Shown: positions 10,425 through 20,728 of the stretch, piece after piece
How positions within the stretch are numbered: position 1 is the first letter of the stretch
Layout: the number at the start of each line of letters is the position of its first letter
IMG/VR virus record: IMGVR_UViG_3300037501_000111
Location: 52,583 to 116,582 of that record
Origin: a virus
Length of the DNA stretch: 64,000 bases
Strand: one strand, 5' to 3'
The notes under the pieces: model-generated
Seen by the model: only the letters and a program-made list of their open reading frames with translations
Told to the model about the DNA's origin: nothing
Databases searched by the model: none
Translations under genes and position numbers: made by a program

Positions 10425-11090
10425 ATGGCAAAGGGTAAAGGTTCTATCACTGAAGTCAGAAAGAAAGTTACCAAAACCCACGAATTTATTTCAACTTCCT
10501 ATCATGAGGCAGGACATGCTGTTATTGCATTGTTATACCTTATGAAAGTTAGTTCCGTGTCTGTTTTTGAAAATAAGCAATTTAAAAGAATTCACGGTAT
10601 TTGTTATTATGATTATCCTAGTGATTTTGATGAAATTCAAGACCCTGAATTATTGAATACTCTAGTTAGAGCAGAAATTGGTATTAGTTATGCTGGTTTA
10701 ATTGCTGAAACTTCTTTATTTAGAAGTATTTCAGGGTCTAAACAAACTCCAACTTTTATCAGTTATGGTTCTGCAGATGATAACAAATCAGCCCGAGAGG
10801 TGATTAAAAAGTATAACCTGGCACCTCCAGGGCCTAAAAGAACAGCTTATAAAAGAAAATTAATGGCTGAAGTGCAAAATGAACTTCATGAACATTGGGA
10901 CGCAGTGATGGCAATAGCTCATGCTCTTTTCCGTCATCGTCGATTGTCTTTTGTTGATTTACAAGAATTGCTGACTAAGAAGACTCGTAACAAAAAATTC
11001 TGGAAAGATCAATTCAAGAAGATTAGTTATTTTTACGATAATAGTCAGAACCTTGACGAAAAAGATTTGAAATCTATATTGTCAAGGTAA
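10425..11090 (+). CDS. Stand-alone M41 (FtsH protease domain)-like zinc metallopeptidase
   Basis: SYHEAGHAV, YAGLIAE and GSADD motifs match the FtsH peptidase domain; no AAA or transmembrane region. Confidence 0.75.
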   Translation: MAKGKGSITEVRKKVTKTHEFISTSYHEAGHAVIALLYLMKVSSVSVFENKQFKRIHGICYYDYPSDFDEIQDPELLNTLVRAEIGISYAGLIAETSLFRSISGSKQTPTFISYGSADDNKSAREVIKKYNLAPPGPKRTAYKRKLMAEVQNELHEHWDAVMAIAHALFRHRRLSFVDLQELLTKKTRNKKFWKDQFKKISYFYDNSQNLDEKDLKSILSR

Positions 11091-11213
11091 CGTAACCACC
11101 ACACCGTATTCCCTGGCACAGTACACGCAGTCTATCCTTAGACTGAAAACTCCCCTGAGATTGGGTAAGATGTACATACGTGTTACAATACACAAACCAT
11201 ATCAGGAGGTCTT

Positions 11214-14200
11214 ATGACCGACTTTGTTTCGCTGCATAATCAGACGCAGTTTTCTATTCTTGATTCTATCATCACACCCAAGGCATTGTTCAAGCGAGCA
11301 AAAGAACTAGGGCAAACAGCAGTGGCAATAACAGACCATGGTTCTTTAGCTGGAACATGGGATGCATGGAAGGCTTCAAAAGAAACTGGTGTAAAACTTA
11401 TTATTGGATGTGAATGTTATTTTCAAGATGATGCCTCCAATGTTAATGAGAAATTTCGTCACATTGTATTATTAGCCAAGAATGCTGTTGGCTATCGTAA
11501 TTTGTTGACATTGAATAAGAAAGGTTTCGATCAGAGTTCCTTTGTTGGTAAGCGCGTTTATTCTGTGCTTGATTGGAAATTATTGGAACAGTATTCTGAA
11601 GGACTAATTTGTTTGACCGCTTGCGGTAATGGCATCATCAGCCAGCCTATTATGAAGGGTAAAATGGATGAAGCAGAGAAAACTCTGTTGCGCCTCAAAG
11701 ATTTGTTTGCTGATAATTTGGGGATTGAAATTCAGCCCAACAACATGAAGCGCGGTTCAAATATCTTTAATGATGAAATTGATCAAGATTTTTTGAACAG
11801 ACAATTAGTAAAGCTCGGCAAAAAACACAATGTTCGTGTTGTGGCTGCCTGTAATGCTCATTATCTAACAAAAGAAGATGCGGATGTACATGACGCATTC
11901 CTTGCTATTGGTGCGCATCAGCCAAAACATTCTGGTTTCCGCCTTAAGTATCCGGTTCCCGAGTTTTATCTTAAAACGGGCGATGAAGTTAAAGAATTTT
12001 TTGCACGTGTTTATAAAGACGAAGCGCAAACCTTCGTAGATAATTCTATTTACTTTGCTAACTTGTGCGAGAAGCCTGAATGGATTGATCCGAAGTTTTC
12101 TAATCCATCAGGAAAAGAATTGCCAGTATTCCCTGTTAAAGATGAGCCTGATTATCCTCAATTCCGTGAATGGGTTACCAAACAGCCAGAAGACATTCAG
12201 AAATTGGATGAGGATAAATTGTTCTTGCGCTACCGCTGTATTGAACGATTTGATTCTCGTGTCAAGAATCTTACCCCAGAGCAACGTGAGCAATATAATA
12301 AACGTATAGAAGAGGAGCTGGATGTTTTAGAATTCCATGGATTCTCCAGTTATATGCTCATTGTTGCAGATTTTATAGATTGGGCTAGAAAGCATGAAAT
12401 TGCTGTAGGAGAAGGTCGAGGTTCTGTTGGCGGCTCACTAGTAGCTTATCTATTGGGAATTCACCAGGCCGATCCGATTAAATACAATTTGATTTTTGCT
12501 CGTTTTCATAATAAAGAAAAGAGTTCATTTCCAGATATTGATACTGACTTTGCGCCATCTGGTCGTGAGTTAGTTCAAAATTATTTGCGTAAGAAATATG
12601 GCGAAGATCATGTAGCACACGTTAGTAATGTTAACACAATTACACCAAAAGTGTACGTTAAAGATATTGCGCGTATTTTTGAATTTGGAGGATCCAAAGA
12701 AGAAGCGTTTAAGATTGGCAATGAAGTTGCAAACTGTATTCCTGCAGATATACACTCTATTGATGACGCTTTGACAAAAGTTCCCCTCTTTGCAGAGTAT
12801 GCTAAGAAATATCCAGAGTTTGTAAAATACAAAGATATCTGTGGTAAATATCGAGCTTGGTCTACCCATGCTGGTGGTATCATTATCTCTGCCCGCCCTT
12901 TGACTGGACTCGTTCCGCTTAGAAAGGATAAGGATGGAGCCTTAGCCATTGAGTATGATAAGGATAAAGCAGAAGAAAACGGCCTGGTCAAGATGGATAC
13001 TTTGGGACTTTCAACTCTAGATATCATTGGTCAAGCTATGAAGTTAATTAAGGAGTCTGGCAAACCAGTTCCAGAAAATATTAGTTATGATGAATATGAT
13101 CAAGAAGCATATGATATCATTTCTAGTGGCGATACATTTTGTGTATTCCAGTTAGGAACCTCTGGCGGAACTATTGATCTTTGTAAGCAGATTAAACCAA
13201 AGTCGGTTAATGATATTAGTTATATTAACTCTTTGGCAAGACCTTCTGCCCGAGACATGCGTAAAGATTTTATCTTAACCAAAGTCGGCAAAAAACCATT
13301 CGCACTGTTGCATCCAACATTAGGTCGAGCATTCAATAATACATTCGGTTTCGGTCTTTATGAAGAGTCTTTGATGTATCTTGCCCAGGACGTAGCTGGA
13401 TGGAGCTTACATGAAGCAGACCGTCTTCGTAAGTTAACTAAAGAAAAAGGTAAGAATCCTAAGAAGGTTCAAGAATGGAGAAATGAGTTTATTAAAGGCG
13501 CTGTAGAAAATAATGTAGATGAGGCTATTGCTAAACGTATTTGGGACGAAGTTGTTGATAAGTTCCAGGGTTACGGTTTTAACATGTCTCACAGTATTTT
13601 ATACTCAATGACGAGTTACAAGACCGCTTATCTTAAAGCTCATTATCCAATTGAATTCTTAATGGCTAACTTAATGGCAGAAGTTAAATCGAACTCTCCA
13701 GATGCAAAGGGCAACATTGAGAAGATCAAAAAAGAGATTCGTAAACGCAGGGTCAAAATTGTCCCTCCGGATATTAACAAATCACAACTATCTTATACCA
13801 TTGAAGATGGTAACAAATTAATTACTGGTTTGGATGCAATTAAGTTTGTTGGTGCTGATGCTATAAATGATATTCTTGAAAAGAGACCTTTTACTAGTTT
13901 CTTTGATTTTATGTCTAGAGTTAGTTCAAAAACAGTTCGAGCAAATAGTATTCAGGCTTTAGCTGCATGTGGCGCGTTAGATTCGTTTGGTATTCCGCGC
14001 AAATTGATGTACTTGTATGTTTCTGACTATCGTAAGAAATTGCAAGTTTGGTTAAAGAAGCATGATCCTACTCAAGAGGAATTTATTTATCCATGGCCAC
14101 AAGAGTCTGCTTGGACTATGCCAGAGATTTATGCTCTTGAGCATTATTATCTAGGTGAGTCATTTAGCTGCAAACCATCACTAGCATATGGTAAATTCTT

Positions 14201-14726
14201 TGATGGAGATGCTACAACTGTACAAGAAATTAAACGAATGAAGGATAAGACCAATGTATCTTCTGTCAAAGGTATCATTCGTGATTTCTTTGAATTCCGT
14301 GTGAAAAAAGAAGGTAAGTATTATGGTCAGTCTATGATTAAAGCTGTAATGGAAGATAAAAATGGCGACCAATGTACTCTAACTATTTTCCCGGACCGCT
14401 GGAAAACCGTACAGGAACGAATTGCAGAACTTAATAAGAAGGCTGAATTTGATATAGGTATAGCATTGTACTTCTCGGGTAACACCAATTCTTATGAAGA
14501 TGATATGGGAATCATATTGGATCAATTATACCATATCGCGTTGCCGCCGTCTTTGCCGGCCGATCTAAAAGCTAAGAAAATCAATCTTAAAGAGGCAAAA
14601 GCTAAGCTTTTTGGAGAGGTAAAAGAGGAAAAACCTAAGAGTCCTCAGGAGATACTAGATCAAATTGAAGATACTCTCTATGATGAGGGCCTAATTGATT
14701 TAGATGACGAAAATGAAGATGATTGA
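11214..14726 (+). CDS. dnaE: DNA polymerase III alpha subunit (family C)
   Basis: PHP domain (AITDHG), GRGSVGGSL, FPDIDTDF, HAGG, KMDTLGL, GYGFNMSH, OB fold; SD GGAGG; no intein-sized insertion. Confidence 0.96.
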   Translation: MTDFVSLHNQTQFSILDSIITPKALFKRAKELGQTAVAITDHGSLAGTWDAWKASKETGVKLIIGCECYFQDDASNVNEKFRHIVLLAKNAVGYRNLLTLNKKGFDQSSFVGKRVYSVLDWKLLEQYSEGLICLTACGNGIISQPIMKGKMDEAEKTLLRLKDLFADNLGIEIQPNNMKRGSNIFNDEIDQDFLNRQLVKLGKKHNVRVVAACNAHYLTKEDADVHDAFLAIGAHQPKHSGFRLKYPVPEFYLKTGDEVKEFFARVYKDEAQTFVDNSIYFANLCEKPEWIDPKFSNPSGKELPVFPVKDEPDYPQFREWVTKQPEDIQKLDEDKLFLRYRCIERFDSRVKNLTPEQREQYNKRIEEELDVLEFHGFSSYMLIVADFIDWARKHEIAVGEGRGSVGGSLVAYLLGIHQADPIKYNLIFARFHNKEKSSFPDIDTDFAPSGRELVQNYLRKKYGEDHVAHVSNVNTITPKVYVKDIARIFEFGGSKEEAFKIGNEVANCIPADIHSIDDALTKVPLFAEYAKKYPEFVKYKDICGKYRAWSTHAGGIIISARPLTGLVPLRKDKDGALAIEYDKDKAEENGLVKMDTLGLSTLDIIGQAMKLIKESGKPVPENISYDEYDQEAYDIISSGDTFCVFQLGTSGGTIDLCKQIKPKSVNDISYINSLARPSARDMRKDFILTKVGKKPFALLHPTLGRAFNNTFGFGLYEESLMYLAQDVAGWSLHEADRLRKLTKEKGKNPKKVQEWRNEFIKGAVENNVDEAIAKRIWDEVVDKFQGYGFNMSHSILYSMTSYKTAYLKAHYPIEFLMANLMAEVKSNSPDAKGNIEKIKKEIRKRRVKIVPPDINKSQLSYTIEDGNKLITGLDAIKFVGADAINDILEKRPFTSFFDFMSRVSSKTVRANSIQALAACGALDSFGIPRKLMYLYVSDYRKKLQVWLKKHDPTQEEFIYPWPQESAWTMPEIYALEHYYLGESFSCKPSLAYGKFFDGDATTVQEIKRMKDKTNVSSVKGIIRDFFEFRVKKEGKYYGQSMIKAVMEDKNGDQCTLTIFPDRWKTVQERIAELNKKAEFDIGIALYFSGNTNSYEDDMGIILDQLYHIALPPSLPADLKAKKINLKEAKAKLFGEVKEEKPKSPQEILDQIEDTLYDEGLIDLDDENEDD

Positions 14727-14828
14727 TATATACGATGTTGGTTGATAACAAAATTGGCCGTATCGTCGAAAAATGATAAAGATGATATCATTTGTATATA
14801 AAATCTATGCATAGTAAGGAATGTAGTT

Positions 14829-15767
14829 ATGTCAAGAATAAAGCTAAAGGAATGGGCAGATAGAAATAACCTGTCATACATTACCGCAAATAGACATTTC
14901 CACCAAGGATTAATCCCTGGGGCTGTCCAGCTTGATTCTGGTACTATCCTTGTAGAGGATGACTCTTTGGAGCAGAATATGGCAGCTAATTCTAGTGCAA
15001 ATGATGCAATGTCCCTTTTTCTGAAAAAGACGGTCGAGTTCAGTAAAAATAATTCCACAGTGGAAGACTTTGCCGCTTTTATTATCTCGAATTTTCAGCT
15101 TAAACTAAATTCAGTTCCAGAGAGCCCTCGCTACTCTCGTAATAGACCAAAAGCAGATGAAGTGCAAAAACACTTTCAGCAATTCCTTCCAGATAAAGAA
15201 TCTGTTGAACATATGAAAGCAGTCGCAGCTCTTTTGAAGCAAGGTAAAACGGCTGGAAATGTTGTGCCTGCTGCAAGTGTGCCTGCTGCAAGTGCGCCTG
15301 AGGCAGCAGCCACTTCACCTGCTGATGGTTTGTTAAGTGAAGAAGAATTGCAAAGTTTATTTGCGGCATCTCCTAGTGCCGTAACAGACATGCATGCGTA
15401 TACAGGTGTACACATGTATGGGGGAGAAACTACTGAAGGTCTGGTATCACGAAGTGTTGATTTAAACACAACTCCACAACAAATCAACTATACCGGCTCT
15501 ACAAGCCAGACCTTCAGTAGCACATCTTCTATTATTGGAGGTATGCAAGCCAACGCTAGTCATCTTGTTGGCGCCGCTCCGTTTGGAGAAGTTGCTATGA
15601 ATGGAATATTTTTAGCCGCTCCAGCATCTGCTAGTTCTGTGCCCGTTACTTTCCAACCAACTCAAAAAGAAATATTATCAGCAACTCAAATTATTGAAAC
15701 TGTCGATTCTGATGAAGTTAATGAGTTCCCACGCAAACGTGGCAGAAAACCATCTAAGAAGAGATAA
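14829..15767 (+). CDS. Putative DNA-binding protein: MerR/IS607-type HTH, low-complexity middle and C-terminal AT-hook-like motif
   Basis: KLKEWA...LSYITA.R.F..G.IPGA.QL.SGTILV at the N-terminus; RKRGRKP at the C-terminus. Confidence 0.6.
   Translation: MSRIKLKEWADRNNLSYITANRHFHQGLIPGAVQLDSGTILVEDDSLEQNMAANSSANDAMSLFLKKTVEFSKNNSTVEDFAAFIISNFQLKLNSVPESPRYSRNRPKADEVQKHFQQFLPDKESVEHMKAVAALLKQGKTAGNVVPAASVPAASAPEAAATSPADGLLSEEELQSLFAASPSAVTDMHAYTGVHMYGGETTEGLVSRSVDLNTTPQQINYTGSTSQTFSSTSSIIGGMQANASHLVGAAPFGEVAMNGIFLAAPASASSVPVTFQPTQKEILSATQIIETVDSDEVNEFPRKRGRKPSKKR
15264..15300 (+). repeat. 15-bp tandem repeat (GTGCCTGCTGCAAGT x2.5) encoding VPAAS
   Basis: Directly visible. Confidence 0.85.
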
Positions 15768-15769
15768 TA

Positions 15770-16787
15770 ATGCAATTGTCAAGTCGTCTTACAAAATTAT
15801 TTCAATCACAAACTGATAAGATATTTAAATATCTTTTTTCAGAGAATCCTGATGTTATTAAGTCTTATGTCAATGGTGGTTTATCTGCTATTAGCATGAT
15901 ATTAGCACCAGTTAATGTATTTATGAGGCATCTACTAACGGTTCAAGGTTTAGACCCTGATGCGGTTCCTGGGGAAGCTCAGAGAGAATTGCTTCAAACT
16001 GCTTTTAATAGTATATTTGAAGCCACTCATGAAAAAGATTATGATGACGATTATGATGTTTCGTGGGCTCGTAATAGATATAAGTCTGTGAAAGAAAAGC
16101 TAGATATTACTGAAGATAATTATAAGTCTCTGACAGATTTATCTAGGTTTAATGATGACCCACCAGTTTTGACTAAAGAAAAATTTGATGATTTAGTGCA
16201 AAAGGTTAATCCAGTAGCATTAGAGTCGGAAAAACGCGAATTACCATTAGTAACAACTTATTTCCAAGATGAAATTCAAGCTCTTAAAAGTTTTGTTGAT
16301 TCTATGGAAGAAAGCAAAGCTAAGAAAAATAATCTTAAACCATCCTCTAAAAAGGTAAATAAAGGTAAGAGATCGGGAGGTATAATTCGTAGAATAACTT
16401 CTAATGAGACGCCAAAAGAAGAACCATCAACTTTGGAGGTTAAATCTGATCGTAAAGTTCGTCCATCTTCTAAGAGACCCCCCAGGTCGTAATTTAAGTG
16501 AATTAGCTGCGGAAAAGAAAGTTAAGGTAAAAGAAGCTATCCCAGAATTTCACGCAGAAATGAAAAGAAAACTAACTAAAGCTACAGAACTAACCAACCT
16601 AATGATTGCAAATGGTCTTTGTCAACCGGATAATAAATCTCGTAGAGACCAAATTAAGTCAATGATAAATTGGACTGATAACAATTTTGAAGCTCTAGAA
16701 AGAGTTATCAAAAAAAAATACGCTCCCACGAAAGATGCAGTAGTTGAGAATAAATTTAAAGGCTCTTTTAGAAGAGTTCGGAAATAA
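15770..16787 (+). CDS. Hypothetical protein, apparently one gene split by a +1 frameshift at a C6 run (~16478-16483)
   Basis: ORFs 15770..16492 and 16404..16787 join as ...SSKRPPGRNLSEL... if one C is skipped. Confidence 0.55.
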
Positions 16788-16794
16788 GGTATAA

Positions 16795-17256
16795 ATGCCA
16801 ATTAGACGTGTTCAACAACAATCAGATAGTGGAAGTATCCAAAACCTACAAAATAGGAACGAGGAAGAACTTCCTCCAACCGATTATGAGCTTCGAGTGA
16901 AAGAGCTTTATGAACATGCATTGGTAACTAGAAATCAAGCCCTAGTTGACTCCCTGAGTTTGATTCCACTTAATGGGGCTGCCAATGATCCGGTTTCTAT
17001 TTTTTTTAGACACAGAGAATATGTTAAATCACTTAGCGCCTCGCTAGCTGAAAAAATTCGGCAGGCAGCTAAAGAAATTGCAAGCTGCTTACATGTGGAT
17101 GAATCTTCTTTACCACAAGAAATAAAATGGTCTAGATATAAGCAATCTCATTATCTTACAGCTATTACTGAAGATATTGATATAGTTAAAGTAGCAAGTG
17201 CTGATGGCCAAACTTATACGAGGACAAAAAGAAGTTTTAGAAGGGTAATCGAATGA
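16795..17256 (+). CDS. Hypothetical protein
   Basis: ORF with AAGG SD; ends ...SFRRVIE, like the ...SFRRVRK end of the upstream ORF. Confidence 0.65.
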   Translation: MPIRRVQQQSDSGSIQNLQNRNEEELPPTDYELRVKELYEHALVTRNQALVDSLSLIPLNGAANDPVSIFFRHREYVKSLSASLAEKIRQAAKEIASCLHVDESSLPQEIKWSRYKQSHYLTAITEDIDIVKVASADGQTYTRTKRSFRRVIE

Positions 17257-18065
17257 AGTGCGTATCCTGTGAAATAGAAATTAATCCAAAATGGAAATAT
17301 GCTATTGATATGAATGTGTGTCCCTTTTGTGGCAAACATATTATGGAAGAGCATCTTAAGAACTGTCTAACTACTTTGGCTGCTGCTATGGAAGCGATGC
17401 TTAAGTACCCTGAACAGTTAGATGATTGGCTGCTATCTAATCATAACTATATTAAAACAGACTCTCCCGATCTAAAACAATATCTTCCAAAAGAAGCTTT
17501 CGAAGAAATACGCAAAGAACTTGATGAAGCAGAATTTCAAGAGAAGAAAAAGTCTGTTGTTAAGATTAAGGTTCCGACAGAAGATGGTGATGTTATTGAA
17601 CAAGAAGTTGTTGTTGAAAAGATGGCAACCGATGATAGAACTCAAACTTTCCACGATCGCGCAAACAATATGTTGAAGCAAGAGAAAGCTGTGAATGGTG
17701 ACCCTAAAAGTGTCGCCGCAAAAACTAGGGATCTTAAAGCAATGGCAGAAAAAATCAAGCGAGAAGCTGCAATTCAAGCGAAAGCCGAAGGTGGTATGGC
17801 ACCTATGATGAGCAAGGAAATGATCGCTTCTGGTGATATAGTGTCTTCGAGCTTGCCACCAGCTTCCGATGGTGATGACGATGAAATTTCAGATGTTGTT
17901 TTAGCAATGAATAATATGAAAAAATTTGGAGGGGTTGGTGGTGCGAACGAAAAAGATTTGCATGCCCTAGCTAAGATGCAGGCAAAAGCTCAAGGCGCTT
18001 TCAAACGATTGGGTTCTGGTCAAGGAAGTTTTTCAAGAGTAAACCATGGCAATCAGAGTCGTTGA
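17253..18065 (+). CDS. Zinc-ribbon-containing hypothetical protein
   Basis: N-terminal CVSC...CPFC. Confidence 0.7.
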   Translation: MKCVSCEIEINPKWKYAIDMNVCPFCGKHIMEEHLKNCLTTLAAAMEAMLKYPEQLDDWLLSNHNYIKTDSPDLKQYLPKEAFEEIRKELDEAEFQEKKKSVVKIKVPTEDGDVIEQEVVVEKMATDDRTQTFHDRANNMLKQEKAVNGDPKSVAAKTRDLKAMAEKIKREAAIQAKAEGGMAPMMSKEMIASGDIVSSSLPPASDGDDDEISDVVLAMNNMKKFGGVGGANEKDLHALAKMQAKAQGAFKRLGSGQGSFSRVNHGNQSR

Positions 18066-18333
18066 CAATAAGAAACTGGAAATGACAGATGATGAATGGG
18101 ATATGTACCAAAAGATTTGTAAGTCTTATACAGATGTAACTGGTAAAGGCGAAGATCTTTTTATGGATTTGTTTGAGACTAATGATGAAGGTATTATTAT
18201 TTTTTTAAAACCTCCCGCTAAGAGAAGAACTAGTTTAGAAGTATTCTTATTTTTGATGTCATTAATGCAACACCAACATTTACGTTTAATGTATCAACAG
18301 ATTGATGACGCCATTAAAGAAATCAAGAAGTAA
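18046..18333 (+). CDS. Hypothetical protein
   Basis: ORF in operon context. Confidence 0.65.
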   Translation: MAIRVVDNKKLEMTDDEWDMYQKICKSYTDVTGKGEDLFMDLFETNDEGIIIFLKPPAKRRTSLEVFLFLMSLMQHQHLRLMYQQIDDAIKEIKK

Positions 18334-18334
18334 A

Positions 18335-18589
18335 ATGGGACATTATTCCGAAAAGATAAGCAATAAAGATAAGCAATTTGTCAAAGATTTCATAATGGAT
18401 AAAATATCTCATAAAATAGATGAGGCTTTAGCTAATTTAGAAAGTGCTTATGATTACAACCATTTTTGTAATGAAATATGGATTGATAGTTTTCATGGTA
18501 GTTTTAAGCTACATTTTACGCCGGCCAATGAGATGAATGATGGGCAGAATTATTATTTATCATTTGATTATTTTGGTCGTGGCAAATAA
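18335..18589 (+). CDS. Hypothetical protein
   Basis: ATG immediately after the upstream stop. Confidence 0.55.
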   Translation: MGHYSEKISNKDKQFVKDFIMDKISHKIDEALANLESAYDYNHFCNEIWIDSFHGSFKLHFTPANEMNDGQNYYLSFDYFGRGK

Positions 18590-18642
18590 TTATTTGTCGA
18601 GAAAAAGTTCGGTTAATTCAATTATATAGGGGAAAGACAAAC

Positions 18643-19149
18643 ATGAGCCAACAAGTAAGACTCGGCGATGTTTTAGGTGCTAACCTTGAGGAAGACTTTA
18701 AGAATTTTGACCTTACGGAAATACAAAGTGTATTGGAACAATTAAGGGATGTAGATGCTATTGATTTAGCACATGCAGAACTTTTACAACAAAAATCATT
18801 AAGAGGAGCAGATATTTTAGCAGATTATCTAGCTAAGATGGTAAAGACAGTAGCATATCTAGAATCGAAAGTAAATAGTACAAAGAATAAAGTGTCCTTA
18901 GAATATGCGTCTCCTGATGGAGCGCGAACGACCGTGGACATGAAGAAATGGGCGGGAGAATCATCGCCCGAAGTCGAAGCAATACTAGTAAAATTAGCAG
19001 AAGCCAAAGGTGCTAAAATGGCCCTGGACCGAAAATACGAGATTTTGATCAAAGCTCACCACCATTTTAAAGACATTGCTGGCGGGCTCCGAAAGACGAT
19101 CCTCGGTTATAGTTCAGGCACCGGCAACCCGCCAGGCGAGGGCTATTGA
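18643..19149 (+). CDS. Coiled-coil protein, possibly a UvsY-like recombination mediator
   Basis: All-helical 168 aa directly upstream of recA; function inferred from size and position. Confidence 0.5.
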   Translation: MSQQVRLGDVLGANLEEDFKNFDLTEIQSVLEQLRDVDAIDLAHAELLQQKSLRGADILADYLAKMVKTVAYLESKVNSTKNKVSLEYASPDGARTTVDMKKWAGESSPEVEAILVKLAEAKGAKMALDRKYEILIKAHHHFKDIAGGLRKTILGYSSGTGNPPGEGY

Positions 19150-19160
19150 TAGGAGAAAAA

Positions 19161-20357
19161 ATGTCAGATGATAAAAAAAAGAAAGCCGATAAGCTAACCG
19201 CATTTTTCCGAAGCTTTGCAGAAGCAGACGCTCAGTTAGATGTTAGACTCGCCCATGAAACTATTGGAGAAAAACTTCCTGTTATTTCATCTGGCTCTAT
19301 GGTTCTTGACGATGCTTTGTCATCCGGTGGTTTACCAAAAGGCAGATTGATTCAGTATTATGGCGCCCCCGGCAGTGGCAAAACCCTAATGGCAATGCTG
19401 GCTATGAAAGAAGCGCAACTACAAGACCCAACATCTCAACAGATGTTCATTGATGCAGAAGGCACATTCGATGCTAAGTGGGCAGAGATTCTTGGACTAG
19501 ATGTCACTAGAATTATTGTTGTAGATGGTGAAACGGCCGTTATTGGTCGTAGCTGTTTTGAGATGATTCTTGGGGTTCCTAAGGAAGATAAAAAGACTCA
19601 TGAGCTAGTCGGCAAATCTAAGCAAGGACTACTCGATATGATTATGGCGGGAGAATTCAATATCAACATGGTTGTGTTGGATTCACTCGGCGCCATTATT
19701 CCACCAGGCGAAGATGTTTCGGTTGTTGGAAAGATGAATATGGCTTTACTTGCCAGATTCTTAACTACTACTTTCCGTAAGCTTTCTCTTGATGCAAATA
19801 GGGCAATGGTGCCATTTATTTTCATCAACCATAAGAAAGCCAATATGGATCCTTATGGTGTAGACCACTCGTTTTCTGGCGGAAATACTTACGCTCACTT
19901 CTTGAGTGCTAACGTTTACTTTGAAGCGGTAGCTCGTGCAGATGCGCAAATCTTGGATGAAAAAGAGCAAAAGGTCGGACATACGATGCGTGCAACCATT
20001 GAAAAATCGAAGTTTGGCCCTTACCCTCGTAAGTGTGAATTCAAAGTAAACTTCGGAGTCGGCGTTATAGATAAGCATGAAGAAATTGCACAGCTAGCTT
20101 TAGATTACAACGTGGTCGTTAAGACCTCCACAGTATCTCATGAATATGGTGATAAGAAGTGGGTTGGATTTCCAAAGTTCTGTGAAGCTCTTAAAGATGA
20201 TCCAGCTCTTGCGACTGAACTAGCTTTGAAGATTAGCCAGGCGCGTGAGCAAAAGTGGGAAACAGCTCGTAAGGAACAAGAGGCCAAGAAAAATGGCGTT
20301 ACTGCTGATGAAGCTGGTATAGAAACAGAAGCAAAGAAGGGCAAGAAAGGTAAGTAA
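19161..20357 (+). CDS. recA: RecA/UvsX recombinase
   Basis: ISSGS..LD.AL..GGLPKGR, GAPGSGKT, FIDAE, VVLDS, FIFINH, SGGN; SD AGGAG. Confidence 0.95.
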   Translation: MSDDKKKKADKLTAFFRSFAEADAQLDVRLAHETIGEKLPVISSGSMVLDDALSSGGLPKGRLIQYYGAPGSGKTLMAMLAMKEAQLQDPTSQQMFIDAEGTFDAKWAEILGLDVTRIIVVDGETAVIGRSCFEMILGVPKEDKKTHELVGKSKQGLLDMIMAGEFNINMVVLDSLGAIIPPGEDVSVVGKMNMALLARFLTTTFRKLSLDANRAMVPFIFINHKKANMDPYGVDHSFSGGNTYAHFLSANVYFEAVARADAQILDEKEQKVGHTMRATIEKSKFGPYPRKCEFKVNFGVGVIDKHEEIAQLALDYNVVVKTSTVSHEYGDKKWVGFPKFCEALKDDPALATELALKISQAREQKWETARKEQEAKKNGVTADEAGIETEAKKGKKGK

Positions 20358-20359
20358 TT

Positions 20360-20710
20360 ATGCCAATTGAGTTGGGTCCAAATAGTCTTTTAGGCGCTCA
20401 AGCTGCCTCCCTCAAGAAACCACCATTTTTAATTACATTAGAAGATGGTCTTTCTGGGAAGACTCGTAATTTTCAGAGATTTATTTCTTTGGATAAGCCT
20501 GAATCAATTAACGGTTTTGTCCAAGTCAAGGGAATTTTCTGTGATAAGGACGAAGAGGAAATAATCAAAACCTTTGCGGACATCTTGACAAATACTTCCA
20601 AAGAATTAATTTTGGAGATGATGTTTCCGCTACATAGAATTCATAGCATTAGAAGCTTAGTATTCAATGCTGTAAAGACTGTGACAGTTCCTAATAAAGA
20701 ACAGAAGTAA
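20360..20710 (+). CDS. Hypothetical protein
   Basis: ORF in operon context. Confidence 0.65.
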   Translation: MPIELGPNSLLGAQAASLKKPPFLITLEDGLSGKTRNFQRFISLDKPESINGFVQVKGIFCDKDEEEIIKTFADILTNTSKELILEMMFPLHRIHSIRSLVFNAVKTVTVPNKEQK

Positions 20711-20728
20711 GATATTACGAATAGGAAA

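Noticed and set aside
11214..14726. Intein or intron in dnaE
   Set aside because: Length of 1170 aa and motif spacing are typical of uninterrupted DnaE; no intein terminal motifs recognised
14829..14970. IS607 insertion sequence
   Set aside because: No resolvase catalytic domain or tnpB adjacent; only the HTH similarity
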